IMG/VR virus record: IMGVR_UViG_3300038424_000856
DNA: 64,000 nucleotides
Origin: an uncultured virus (IMG/VR IMGVR_UViG_3300038424_000856)
Lineage: Duplodnaviria; Heunggongvirae; Uroviricota; Caudoviricetes
Reading direction: 5' to 3' (one strand)
Part shown: positions 25,924 through 35,374 of the stretch, piece after piece
Numbering within the stretch: the first letter of the stretch is position 1
How the letters are laid out: each line of letters begins with the position of its first letter
The notes under the pieces: model-generated
Seen by the model: the letters and a program-made list of their open reading frames with translations, nothing else
The model's database searches: none
What the model was told of the DNA's origin: nothing
Program-made: the position numbers and the translations under genes

Positions 25924-26415
25924 ATGACGGATTTCAGTCAACAAATAGCAAGTTTCATAAATTACGGGACATATAATTATCGATTTGATAGTATAGGTAA
26001 CGAAATTTTAAATCAGTCTTCGTCTATTTTTCAACAAGTTTATTTTAATCTTCCTCTGGGAAATTTTGTTTATAACAATTCTAAAGTATTATCTTTTTAT
26101 AATCCAACATTTACGGAATTTGTTCCAGCTTCGCCAACAAGTTCAACATCTGCATCATTGTCATCATCATTTCCACAAGCTGCTATTGACCAAATTAATG
26201 CAATTACATATCAAAATACTCAATTACAAAGCCAATTAAATTCTGTGGTTGCTAGTAGCTCAATAAATACAAGTTCTGCTGATATACAATCTATAGAAAA
26301 TACGATTATTAATCTTAGAATTCAATTAGGGCAAGGTTCTGTTCCAAATGATTTCCAAGATATATATCCATATCTTCCGATTCCACCAGAACAAAAAAAT
26401 CCACCATCACAATAA
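25924..26415 (+). CDS. Virion structural protein
   Basis: ORF in the structural operon trimmed to MTDFSQQI; coiled coil. Confidence 0.65.
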   Translation: MTDFSQQIASFINYGTYNYRFDSIGNEILNQSSSIFQQVYFNLPLGNFVYNNSKVLSFYNPTFTEFVPASPTSSTSASLSSSFPQAAIDQINAITYQNTQLQSQLNSVVASSSINTSSADIQSIENTIINLRIQLGQGSVPNDFQDIYPYLPIPPEQKNPPSQ

Positions 26416-26417
26416 AT

Positions 26418-29400
26418 ATGTCATTACCATATACAATTTTAGGTGAATTCACAGGCAGTATTGAATCTGCTTCGGTTTTGAGTGTACAAGATACATCATT
26501 ACTTTATGTTTCTCAAAGCTCAGATATTTGGTTCGGTCTTTCTACTAATGATGCAATTGAAATAGGTGCATATTCTACAGACGATCAAACTCTTATAGCA
26601 TGGGGAACTATTGGTCAAGATAAGACATTTCAAACAATTACATTAACATATTTGAATAATCTTAACATGCCTGTAAGTTATTCATACAGCCAACTTATTA
26701 ATCCATTTACACTTTATAAAAATAATTCAATATTATTTCAACCACCATTTGATTTAAATGGAATAGGAATTACTAGTGGAAGTTATACTGTGTCTTATAA
26801 TTTTGTAAGAGAAGTGGCAGGTAATTTATCATCATCTCTTACAATCAAGGATATTTCTCCATCAAGAACTGAAATAAAACTTATACCATCCAATACATTT
26901 GATATTGAATATAGTTCTTTCTGTATTAAAAAGTTTCCAATTAGAGATGTGGCTCCTGTTTTGTTGTCAATTATTAAAAATTTTCCTTATGATACAATTT
27001 ATGAGGAAATGAGTTCTTTAAGTCAATATCAAGATGGTATTTCTTTTTTGAAATTTGTTTTTTTTCTTACTGATGACGGTTCTGTTATAAATTTGTTAAA
27101 AAATTTATACGAAGATTACATAAAATATACTTTTGTAACTCCAACAACAAATACTTTACAACAACCTGTAACTATAAAGAGAATTCAGGGTATAAGAACA
27201 TATTATAGTAATTATTTATTACAAAGTTATAGACATATTGCTGATTTTAATGATATTAGACAACAGTATATCAATTTTGTAAATGCTCGATTAGATGAAA
27301 AATTCAGCCAACTTTTAAATTCACAAGACCAAGGATATAAAGATGCTAGACAGTTTTGTTATGATTTCTTTGTGACATATTTTTATGACAATGCTGTTAG
27401 TCCATTACAATCCAGTTACGAAGACAAATATTTTGGATATTTAAAAAACGTACTAAATTTTGGAAATAATAAATATTTCTCAATATTAGATATAGGATAT
27501 CTTGATGAAAGGACAATTCCTACAGACCCTCTGACTCTTATTGTAAAATTATCATCGGCACTTTCTTCTGATATTTCAATAAAGGATACGTGCTGGGTAT
27601 CTAATTTTGGTATGGTGCCTTATGTGTTTACTGCTATTTTACAAGCACCGGTACAATATCAAACTATAACAATTTCTTCCCCAAATTTTGGACCACCGCA
27701 AAATCTTATTAATGTAGGGAATTCTAACATTTTATATTCAGCAGATGACCTTTCTTATCCATCTACTATAGAAAATAGTATTAGAATTAACAAAAATATT
27801 GCTAAATTGAATACGGATTATACTGATTATAATAATTTTGTGGTATTCTCGTCTGCACAAAACAGGCTTAATATTTTTAAGAATAAGATGATTCAATGGA
27901 CAGTTTTGAGTGCTTCGATAGTGGAACTTAATAATAGATATAATAGTTCATTATCATCTTCAATACCTTATCAATATTATTTTAATGAATTATCTAGTTT
28001 TAGTACACAAAGTAACCAAATAGTTGATTCATTCGATGGATTTGAGTCCTATTTATTTAATTCTGGTTTCTACCAATATAATTTGCAGTCTGGTTCATTT
28101 TATAGTGCGAGTTATATAAGTGATGCAGACTTTAGTGCAAGTCTATATGACACAAATAATAGAGATAGTCTTTCATCAAATGTACCCCAATATATTATTG
28201 ATGACGACAACTATTCAGAGTATTTGACCTTTTTGAATATGATAGGTCATCATTTTGATGATATTTACACATATATTTCTGCTATGCCTATTGAAAGGCA
28301 GGTAAAAAATGAATTTACTTCTAGCCTTCCAACCAATACATTAAAAGAAATGTTGTATTCTTTTGGATGGGATGTCGATGATATTATTGGGTCGCTAGAC
28401 CTTGACGAAGTATATCTGAACAGTATGAATTCAGCATCTTATAATGCTTTATCTTCCCAACAGAGACTTCAAATTATATGGAATCGCATTCTCATTAGTT
28501 TACCGGGCATCTATAAGACCAAGGGTACAGAACAATGTGTGGATTATTTGTTGTCATGTTATGGTTTACCTTCATCGATGCTTACGATAAGAGAATATGG
28601 TGGGACAGATTATGCTAGCGATATATCTCCTACATATGAACTAGATGAAAAAATGTATATGCTCCAATTCTCAGGCGTGAGTGATTACATTGAAGGACCA
28701 ATACCATATTCAGTTATGACAACAGAATTCAAATTTTCCATTGGTTCTGACCCTAACAATACTTATTACCCAAATTTTAAATTTTTCCCATTATTTACAA
28801 GTATTCCATATCCATATTCAAGTTCTTATAATTTTAATTGGGCTTTAGGATTCTATAGAGTTCCGGGTCAATATACTGGAAAAGTTGTGTTTCAAATGGG
28901 TTCTGGTTCTTCAGGTATTAATATAACAAGTAGTGTATTGCCTATTTTCAATGGTGATATTTTTAGTGTGATGTTGAGAAGAAATTATCCAAATTCTTTA
29001 TTTGACCCATCTACAGATTTAAATGATATTCCTACTGAATATGATTTAACCGTTCAAAGGAATGAAAATGGAAGAAAAATTTTTTATTCTACATCCGATG
29101 CAATTTTTTATAATAATGACAATGATGTATTTTCTCAATTTGGTAAATTTAGATTAAGTGATGGAACATTTAAAGGGGCATTGGATAAATTATTAATTTG
29201 GGATGTTCCTATTGATGATAACGATTTTGAAGAACACGTTGATGATTTAAATTCATATGGTTTTAGTGGTTCTGTTCCTTATCAACATTTATGGGTAAGA
29301 TTAAATTGGGATTATCCACAAAACATGTATTATTATAGTGGTTCTGTGTGGGTTGATAATGAATCTCCATACTATGCTATTCCAAACTATTACACAGACC

Positions 29401-31280
29401 AAACTCTTACTACTGTTAATCCTACTTTATATTCTGCATCTTTGAGTATTATTGAACAAAATTGGCAATCTTATTATCCGACAGGTTCAGTTGAAATTAT
29501 TGCTCATAACTTTCCAGAAGCAATTGGAAATGCTTTTTCTGCTTCTTGGGTTGGTTATCCTACATGTCAATGGTTTTCTCAATCAGTTTATCCATATCAA
29601 TTTCAAGAATTGACATACCAACAGAATATTGATGCATCTAAATTTGGACCTAATAAATATAAAAATGTTAAAATCCGAACATTATCTTATAATCTCGATA
29701 CTAGACTTGACCCATTTGACAGGTCAACCATTAATCCTGATATAACAGTTTCAGGTGAGTCTAATCAACTTGGATTTTTTATTGACCCACAGGATTCTAA
29801 AAATAAAGATATTTTGAGATATGTTGGTAAAAGCGGCATTATGGGGCTTATTGGTAATACATCTGACCTTTACAATGACAAATATGCAAATTTAGTTAAT
29901 AAAAATTATGAATATAATACAAATGGTAATAAAAGAACATATTTTAATGAATTATTGACAGTATATAAATTTTATTTTGATAAATCTATTTTTCAAGCTA
30001 TACGAAATATTATACCAGCTAGAGCTAATTCTTATACAGGTGTGGTAATTGAGCCAACACTTCTTGAAAGACCAAAATATCAAAATAGGCCAATAACAGC
30101 TAGTCTTGACATTTCATATAAAACTCCAACTGTAATAAAAAATATTTATAATTTTGATGAATGTCTTTTTTGGACAGATTTTAATACTGACTGGACATTG
30201 GTAAACGGTGGTTTTCCACAATTACAACAGTCTATGGCAAACTCTATGCCTCCAAGTTATAGTGATATAATAGACTTAACATACATAGATGACCCTACAG
30301 AAGTAAAGCCTTCTAATATTGGAAGTGGATATTATACTGATTTCATGGATAAAATTCAACATTCCTTCTATCCTGATTTTGAATTATTGCCTAGATTGTG
30401 GGAAACATCTTCATCAGGACCATTATCATCTAATTACACCATTCCTATTTATGGTTCGGTAACTTCTCAAGATGAAGGTGGTAGATTTATAATTGGACCT
30501 GACCACGGTGTTAATTATCCAAATAAATTCTTTTCAGGTTCTAATCAAGGAAATCATCCAATTCTATACTATATGGTAAAAGTGTGGGATAAATATTATT
30601 ATTATGCCAAAACAGGGGAATATATTCGTTCTGATAATCCATTAGATAACACATATTCATCCTCGTCGCTATATCTTTATAGATACGTTATGCTTGATGA
30701 ACATTATATGAGAAATCTAATATATTTTACGGATTTAGTATCATTGCCTGTATATGACTCATCAAGCTATTCTTATACATATGATTTTGTTGCAAATGCA
30801 TATCTTCATAGAACTAACACGTTTCTTGGAACACCAGATCAAAAAGTAAGTAATATAAGTGCTTCTGCAAATATATTTACACCTATTACCAAAACCAACT
30901 TTAATTTAAATATAAGTCCTTTATCACAATATTTTGAATTGGTTTCTGGTTATCCAAGAAATCATTATTCTCATAAATTACAACAATTCTCAAAAATAAA
31001 ATATGGAACCTATGGTAATAGAATTTTTATTAAAGGACAAGAAACATCAGATTCAACGATTAATAGTAATGGTATTAACGATGGAAGTTCTCCTGTTCAA
31101 TCAACTAACGTCAGTAATGTTACTGTAATAAATGCTAGTAATGTTATTCAAACTGTTCCTTCTTCAACTACTGGTCAAATAGTTTTATCTGGTGGAGGTT
31201 CGGCTGGGCCAACCAGACGACCTAGTAAGGGTCCTCCCAGTAGGGGCGGTCCTCCCGGTAGTAGGGGCGGCTCCAGTTAA
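26418..31280 (+). CDS. Large baseplate/tail protein (gp7-like)
   Basis: 1620 aa; ISPSRTE, MIGHHFD, YKTKGT...CYG..IREYGG, IIPARAN. Confidence 0.7.
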   Translation: MSLPYTILGEFTGSIESASVLSVQDTSLLYVSQSSDIWFGLSTNDAIEIGAYSTDDQTLIAWGTIGQDKTFQTITLTYLNNLNMPVSYSYSQLINPFTLYKNNSILFQPPFDLNGIGITSGSYTVSYNFVREVAGNLSSSLTIKDISPSRTEIKLIPSNTFDIEYSSFCIKKFPIRDVAPVLLSIIKNFPYDTIYEEMSSLSQYQDGISFLKFVFFLTDDGSVINLLKNLYEDYIKYTFVTPTTNTLQQPVTIKRIQGIRTYYSNYLLQSYRHIADFNDIRQQYINFVNARLDEKFSQLLNSQDQGYKDARQFCYDFFVTYFYDNAVSPLQSSYEDKYFGYLKNVLNFGNNKYFSILDIGYLDERTIPTDPLTLIVKLSSALSSDISIKDTCWVSNFGMVPYVFTAILQAPVQYQTITISSPNFGPPQNLINVGNSNILYSADDLSYPSTIENSIRINKNIAKLNTDYTDYNNFVVFSSAQNRLNIFKNKMIQWTVLSASIVELNNRYNSSLSSSIPYQYYFNELSSFSTQSNQIVDSFDGFESYLFNSGFYQYNLQSGSFYSASYISDADFSASLYDTNNRDSLSSNVPQYIIDDDNYSEYLTFLNMIGHHFDDIYTYISAMPIERQVKNEFTSSLPTNTLKEMLYSFGWDVDDIIGSLDLDEVYLNSMNSASYNALSSQQRLQIIWNRILISLPGIYKTKGTEQCVDYLLSCYGLPSSMLTIREYGGTDYASDISPTYELDEKMYMLQFSGVSDYIEGPIPYSVMTTEFKFSIGSDPNNTYYPNFKFFPLFTSIPYPYSSSYNFNWALGFYRVPGQYTGKVVFQMGSGSSGINITSSVLPIFNGDIFSVMLRRNYPNSLFDPSTDLNDIPTEYDLTVQRNENGRKIFYSTSDAIFYNNDNDVFSQFGKFRLSDGTFKGALDKLLIWDVPIDDNDFEEHVDDLNSYGFSGSVPYQHLWVRLNWDYPQNMYYYSGSVWVDNESPYYAIPNYYTDQTLTTVNPTLYSASLSIIEQNWQSYYPTGSVEIIAHNFPEAIGNAFSASWVGYPTCQWFSQSVYPYQFQELTYQQNIDASKFGPNKYKNVKIRTLSYNLDTRLDPFDRSTINPDITVSGESNQLGFFIDPQDSKNKDILRYVGKSGIMGLIGNTSDLYNDKYANLVNKNYEYNTNGNKRTYFNELLTVYKFYFDKSIFQAIRNIIPARANSYTGVVIEPTLLERPKYQNRPITASLDISYKTPTVIKNIYNFDECLFWTDFNTDWTLVNGGFPQLQQSMANSMPPSYSDIIDLTYIDDPTEVKPSNIGSGYYTDFMDKIQHSFYPDFELLPRLWETSSSGPLSSNYTIPIYGSVTSQDEGGRFIIGPDHGVNYPNKFFSGSNQGNHPILYYMVKVWDKYYYYAKTGEYIRSDNPLDNTYSSSSLYLYRYVMLDEHYMRNLIYFTDLVSLPVYDSSSYSYTYDFVANAYLHRTNTFLGTPDQKVSNISASANIFTPITKTNFNLNISPLSQYFELVSGYPRNHYSHKLQQFSKIKYGTYGNRIFIKGQETSDSTINSNGINDGSSPVQSTNVSNVTVINASNVIQTVPSSTTGQIVLSGGGSAGPTRRPSKGPPSRGGPPGSRGGSS

Positions 31281-31343
31281 AATATGGAAAGATGGAAAAA
31301 AACACATTTAAGAGAATACTTATAAGAGAAAAGAGAAATTCAT

Positions 31344-32000
31344 ATGGGATATATTGACAATCAAACAATAACTGTAGATGCTATTCTTACTAAAAAAGGA
31401 CGCCAGCTTCTGGCGCAGAATGGAAATCTGAATATTACATCATTTGCTTTGGCAGACGATGAAATTGACTATACACTTTATCAACCAAATCATCCAAATG
31501 GTAGTGCTTTTTATGATATTGCTATAAGAAATACACCTGTTTTTGAACCTGTTTCCGATGAAACTCAGGTCATGAAATATAAATTGGTAAGTCTTAATCA
31601 AGGCGTTACTTCTATTCCTGTTATCAGTATTGCACAGGATAAAATTTCGGTTGCTAGTAATTATACTGGTCAGATTACCATTGCTCCTTCAACCAATCCA
31701 CCTTATAATCTTACTCTTGGTTATACAGCAATTCTTGGAAATAAGAATGTTGGTGTTTTGATTGTTTCTCAAGCTAATTCAATTAATTCTGTTTCTAGTA
31801 CAATACCAGCATTTGCTGGTGATATCAATACATCCAGTTCACAGGTTGTTGTAGGACAAACTTTTATCTTTCTTCCGAATAGTAGTTTAGGTCAAACAAC
31901 TTCTACGACATTGACAATTATTGGTAATGAATCTGGAGGTAGTTTGAGTATTGAAGTTACAGTAACAGTCCCACTGACGACTACTAATATAACAACATAA
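31344..32000 (+). CDS. Virion structural protein
   Basis: DAILTKKGRQLLA...ITSFALADDEIDY tail/baseplate-type N-terminus. Confidence 0.75.
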   Translation: MGYIDNQTITVDAILTKKGRQLLAQNGNLNITSFALADDEIDYTLYQPNHPNGSAFYDIAIRNTPVFEPVSDETQVMKYKLVSLNQGVTSIPVISIAQDKISVASNYTGQITIAPSTNPPYNLTLGYTAILGNKNVGVLIVSQANSINSVSSTIPAFAGDINTSSSQVVVGQTFIFLPNSSLGQTTSTTLTIIGNESGGSLSIEVTVTVPLTTTNITT

Positions 32001-32010
32001 ATATAATTAT

Positions 32011-33195
32011 ATGATATTCAATCAATTTGACCCCACTGATATAGTAGCTGGTAGAACGAGTACCGTTACAAGTGGATTTTGGCCCGAAGGAGTTACCTTC
32101 CTAACTCAAAGTTCTTTTCTTGATGACTTTTTTGCACTAACCCAATCAGCAACTACACCATCACCTTCGTTCGGAGCATCAATTTATGATATTCGTAGAA
32201 CCATGTATTATATTAATATATTTCCAGATACCACAACTTATGGTAATAATGACCCATATTTTTCAGTAGCTTATGGTAATTATTATGGTGAATTTGGAAG
32301 TGGTTCTTTTGATTTAGATACTGGAAGTATTTTAGCGTTTGCACCCAAAGCTATTTATACGCAATATCAAAATTTATTGTTGGGAGAAGGAGAAACTGGA
32401 TTGTTTCAATTTTTATCTGGAAGTTCTGCTAATCCTCAAATGATTACTGGATATGATATATTTGTTATAAATTTTTCCTCTTATAAAATGAAAGACAAAG
32501 TTGATGAGGGTCTTTTTGAAATTACATTAACGGGGTCTAATGGTTCTATAACTTTACGAGATGATTCACCATTCTTTTCTCAAGCTTCATCAGTTTATAA
32601 TTTGATAATAGGGTCTATTAATGGTTCAACGACCACTTTGCCTTCATATCAGGGTATTGGATTATTCTATCCAGAAGATGGTGTAGTTGTATTTAATGCT
32701 AAAATTATTGATCAACTCATAGGATTGAGTAATCTTTCAGGAACAGTTGGGCCGCCTAGTCCTAGTGGTGCTGGAACAGTATGTATGTCAAATTATAGTA
32801 CTGGAAGTATTTCTGGTATACCTATTCTCGGCCAATTATCATTAGTCCCAACTACTGTAAATCATAAAGTATTCTTTTGGGCAATTCAGAATGCAAATAA
32901 TACAATGAAAGTTCGTAAAACTGAATATGTTCCATCTCAGCATTATTTTGTGAGAGTTAAAAATCTTGATTTTAATTATTCTAATAATCCGACATATGTT
33001 TATGATGGTACAGACGGTATTCATGCTGCCGGAACTATATACAATTCTGATTTTATTACAAATCCAACAACATATATTACTACGATTGGTTTGTATGATG
33101 CTAGCAATGAACTGGTAGCAGTTGGTAAATTAAGTAGACCTGCTATAAAAACCTTTGACAATGAGCTTTTAATTAAGGTCAGATTGGATTTTTAA
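32011..33195 (+). CDS. Tail/baseplate structural protein
   Basis: C-terminal YITTIGLYD..NELVAVGKLSRP...KVRLDF. Confidence 0.75.
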   Translation: MIFNQFDPTDIVAGRTSTVTSGFWPEGVTFLTQSSFLDDFFALTQSATTPSPSFGASIYDIRRTMYYINIFPDTTTYGNNDPYFSVAYGNYYGEFGSGSFDLDTGSILAFAPKAIYTQYQNLLLGEGETGLFQFLSGSSANPQMITGYDIFVINFSSYKMKDKVDEGLFEITLTGSNGSITLRDDSPFFSQASSVYNLIIGSINGSTTTLPSYQGIGLFYPEDGVVVFNAKIIDQLIGLSNLSGTVGPPSPSGAGTVCMSNYSTGSISGIPILGQLSLVPTTVNHKVFFWAIQNANNTMKVRKTEYVPSQHYFVRVKNLDFNYSNNPTYVYDGTDGIHAAGTIYNSDFITNPTTYITTIGLYDASNELVAVGKLSRPAIKTFDNELLIKVRLDF

Positions 33196-33204
33196 AATAA
33201 TGAA

Positions 33205-34677
33205 ATGCTTAAATCACTTTATAAAGATGATACGCAAACCACACCTTTTGTTGCTACACAAAATTGGGAAGTATCCAATGTAATAAATGAGGATTTAATT
33301 CTCATGGAACATAGTGGAAGTGCTGGTCTACCTGTTGCTCTGGAGTATATTGATAATGAACTTTCTGGTCCTATAACTGCTAGTGCTTGTAATATTGCAT
33401 TGGAACAACAAGAACTTGACTTAGCTTTGTTTAAAGATGGACTAAAAGTTACGGGAATTTTTTATCCTAACTCCGACCCTCAAAATCCAGATGGAACTTA
33501 TCAACGGTGTGTTTATACACAAATTGCTGGTATGTTTTATAACAATTATCGTGACCCTACAAAAATTTGGGGATTGGAAAACATTGATTTTGAAAATTCC
33601 AAAACAAAAAGATTTATAACTGATAAATTCAAAATGTTTGAAATTCCTCAAGCAGTTTTTGGAGAAAAAATGTTACCTAATACTATTGTGATGTATGATA
33701 CTACAACAGATAATAATTATACTATTGTAGATGATGGTAATGGAAATTTGTTTGCTGGAACTAATTTATTTTCCCGTCAGCAAGAACTTGGTACATATCC
33801 AAATAATTTTGTAACTGCTAGTGATAGAGGTTGTGATTGGTATTGGGAATCATTAACACCGAAGCCTTCCCTTTCTTTTATATTTGTTCCCCAAGATTGT
33901 ATAGGAGCATATGGGTTTCGCTGTATAATAGATGTAAATGGTACACTCTATGGTACCGATGGTAGCAATTTCTTTTCTTCGCCTGATGGATACTATTGGA
34001 CTTTTATAGGTGATGTCAATGATACAATTGTTAGTTTTATTTATGTAAATTCTTTGTTTGTTGGTGTAGGGAATGATGGTGTAATATATACATCCTCAGA
34101 TGCCATTGTCTGGTATCAACAAGTATCGCCCACACTATCCAATTTACAATCAATAATTTATGCAAATGGACAATACGTTGCTGTAGGAACCGGCGGTACT
34201 ACAATTCTTTCATTGAATGGAACTTTATGGACAAAACATGATTCTCCCGTAGGAAACGACCTGTATAGCGTAATTTACGCTCAAGGACAGTATGTCGCAG
34301 TTGGACGTGGTGGAATTGTTATCACGTCAACAAACGCTACTTTGTGGTCAGTCCAAATTTCTGGAGTAAGCAGTGAACTTCACCAAGTTATTTATGACGG
34401 CAATAACTTTGTTGCTGCAGGTTTTGGGGGTACTATTATAGTATCATCGAATGGAACTCTATGGAATATTCGAAGCAGCGATATCACAAATGACTTATAT
34501 ACTGTTCTATTTGATAATGGTGTGTATTACGTAGCAGGTTTAAATAATACTTTTTACCAGTCAACCGATACTATTGTATGGACGCCAGTTGTCCATGAAC
34601 ATTTTTCACCGGAAGTACGGGGACTTCTGGCCTATGGAAGTTCCATTATAATTGGAAGACAATATACTACTGATTAA
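33205..34677 (+). CDS. Tail protein with C-terminal beta-propeller repeats
   Basis: N-domain paralogous to 34680..35339; repeats L..VIY..GQYVAVG.GG.I..S.NG..W. Confidence 0.75.
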   Translation: MLKSLYKDDTQTTPFVATQNWEVSNVINEDLILMEHSGSAGLPVALEYIDNELSGPITASACNIALEQQELDLALFKDGLKVTGIFYPNSDPQNPDGTYQRCVYTQIAGMFYNNYRDPTKIWGLENIDFENSKTKRFITDKFKMFEIPQAVFGEKMLPNTIVMYDTTTDNNYTIVDDGNGNLFAGTNLFSRQQELGTYPNNFVTASDRGCDWYWESLTPKPSLSFIFVPQDCIGAYGFRCIIDVNGTLYGTDGSNFFSSPDGYYWTFIGDVNDTIVSFIYVNSLFVGVGNDGVIYTSSDAIVWYQQVSPTLSNLQSIIYANGQYVAVGTGGTTILSLNGTLWTKHDSPVGNDLYSVIYAQGQYVAVGRGGIVITSTNATLWSVQISGVSSELHQVIYDGNNFVAAGFGGTIIVSSNGTLWNIRSSDITNDLYTVLFDNGVYYVAGLNNTFYQSTDTIVWTPVVHEHFSPEVRGLLAYGSSIIIGRQYTTD

Positions 34678-34679
34678 AT

Positions 34680-35339
34680 ATGATAAAATCACTTAAAAAG
34701 TATCAAGTTCAATCTACACCTTTTAGTGCAATAAAAGCATGGTCAGTTAACAACACTGATAATTCCGACTTGCTTTTACTGCCTATGGGTACGCAATCAG
34801 TTGTTACTCTTGCATTACAATTTCTTGATTATGGTAATGGAAGTTCTTCTCCAGTTTTAAATATTTCGTGTAGTTTAGCATTAAATCCGGCACCATATGA
34901 TTTAGCTACAATAGAACAAGGTTTAAATGTTACAGGTTCATTTTATCCTGATTCTGACCCTGTGAATTTGGATGGAACATATCAGAGGTCCATTTATTAT
35001 CAAGTTAAAACAGCGTTTTATAATACTTACTATGACCCAAGTAAAATGTGGGGTATTGAAAATATTGATTTTGAACTTTCTAAAACCAAACGATTTTTAT
35101 CAAATGGATTTTGGCTGATTGATATTCCAAGATATTTATATGGAGATAAAATCTTACCGAATACAATTACGATGTATATTGATACTTATGATAATCCATA
35201 CACTGTAATGGATGACGGTAATGGAAATTTGTTTGCTGGAACTAATTTATTTTCTCACCAACAGGAAATAGGTTATTTTTCAAATACATTTAATGCAAAT
35301 GCCAGTTCATCTGGATGTAATTGGTATTGGGGAGTATAA
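34680..35339 (+). CDS. Tail protein (paralog lacking the propeller)
   Basis: FYPDSDP.N.DGTYQR, WG.ENIDFE, DDGNGNLFAGTNLF. Confidence 0.75.
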   Translation: MIKSLKKYQVQSTPFSAIKAWSVNNTDNSDLLLLPMGTQSVVTLALQFLDYGNGSSSPVLNISCSLALNPAPYDLATIEQGLNVTGSFYPDSDPVNLDGTYQRSIYYQVKTAFYNTYYDPSKMWGIENIDFELSKTKRFLSNGFWLIDIPRYLYGDKILPNTITMYIDTYDNPYTVMDDGNGNLFAGTNLFSHQQEIGYFSNTFNANASSSGCNWYWGV

Positions 35340-35374
35340 TTTGAAAATTATTTTTTATATGGATAGTTATAGTT

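Noticed and set aside
31228..31272. GC-rich GGTCCTCCC/AGTAGGGGCGG duplication
   Set aside because: Explained as an in-frame low-complexity Gly/Pro/Arg tail of the large baseplate protein
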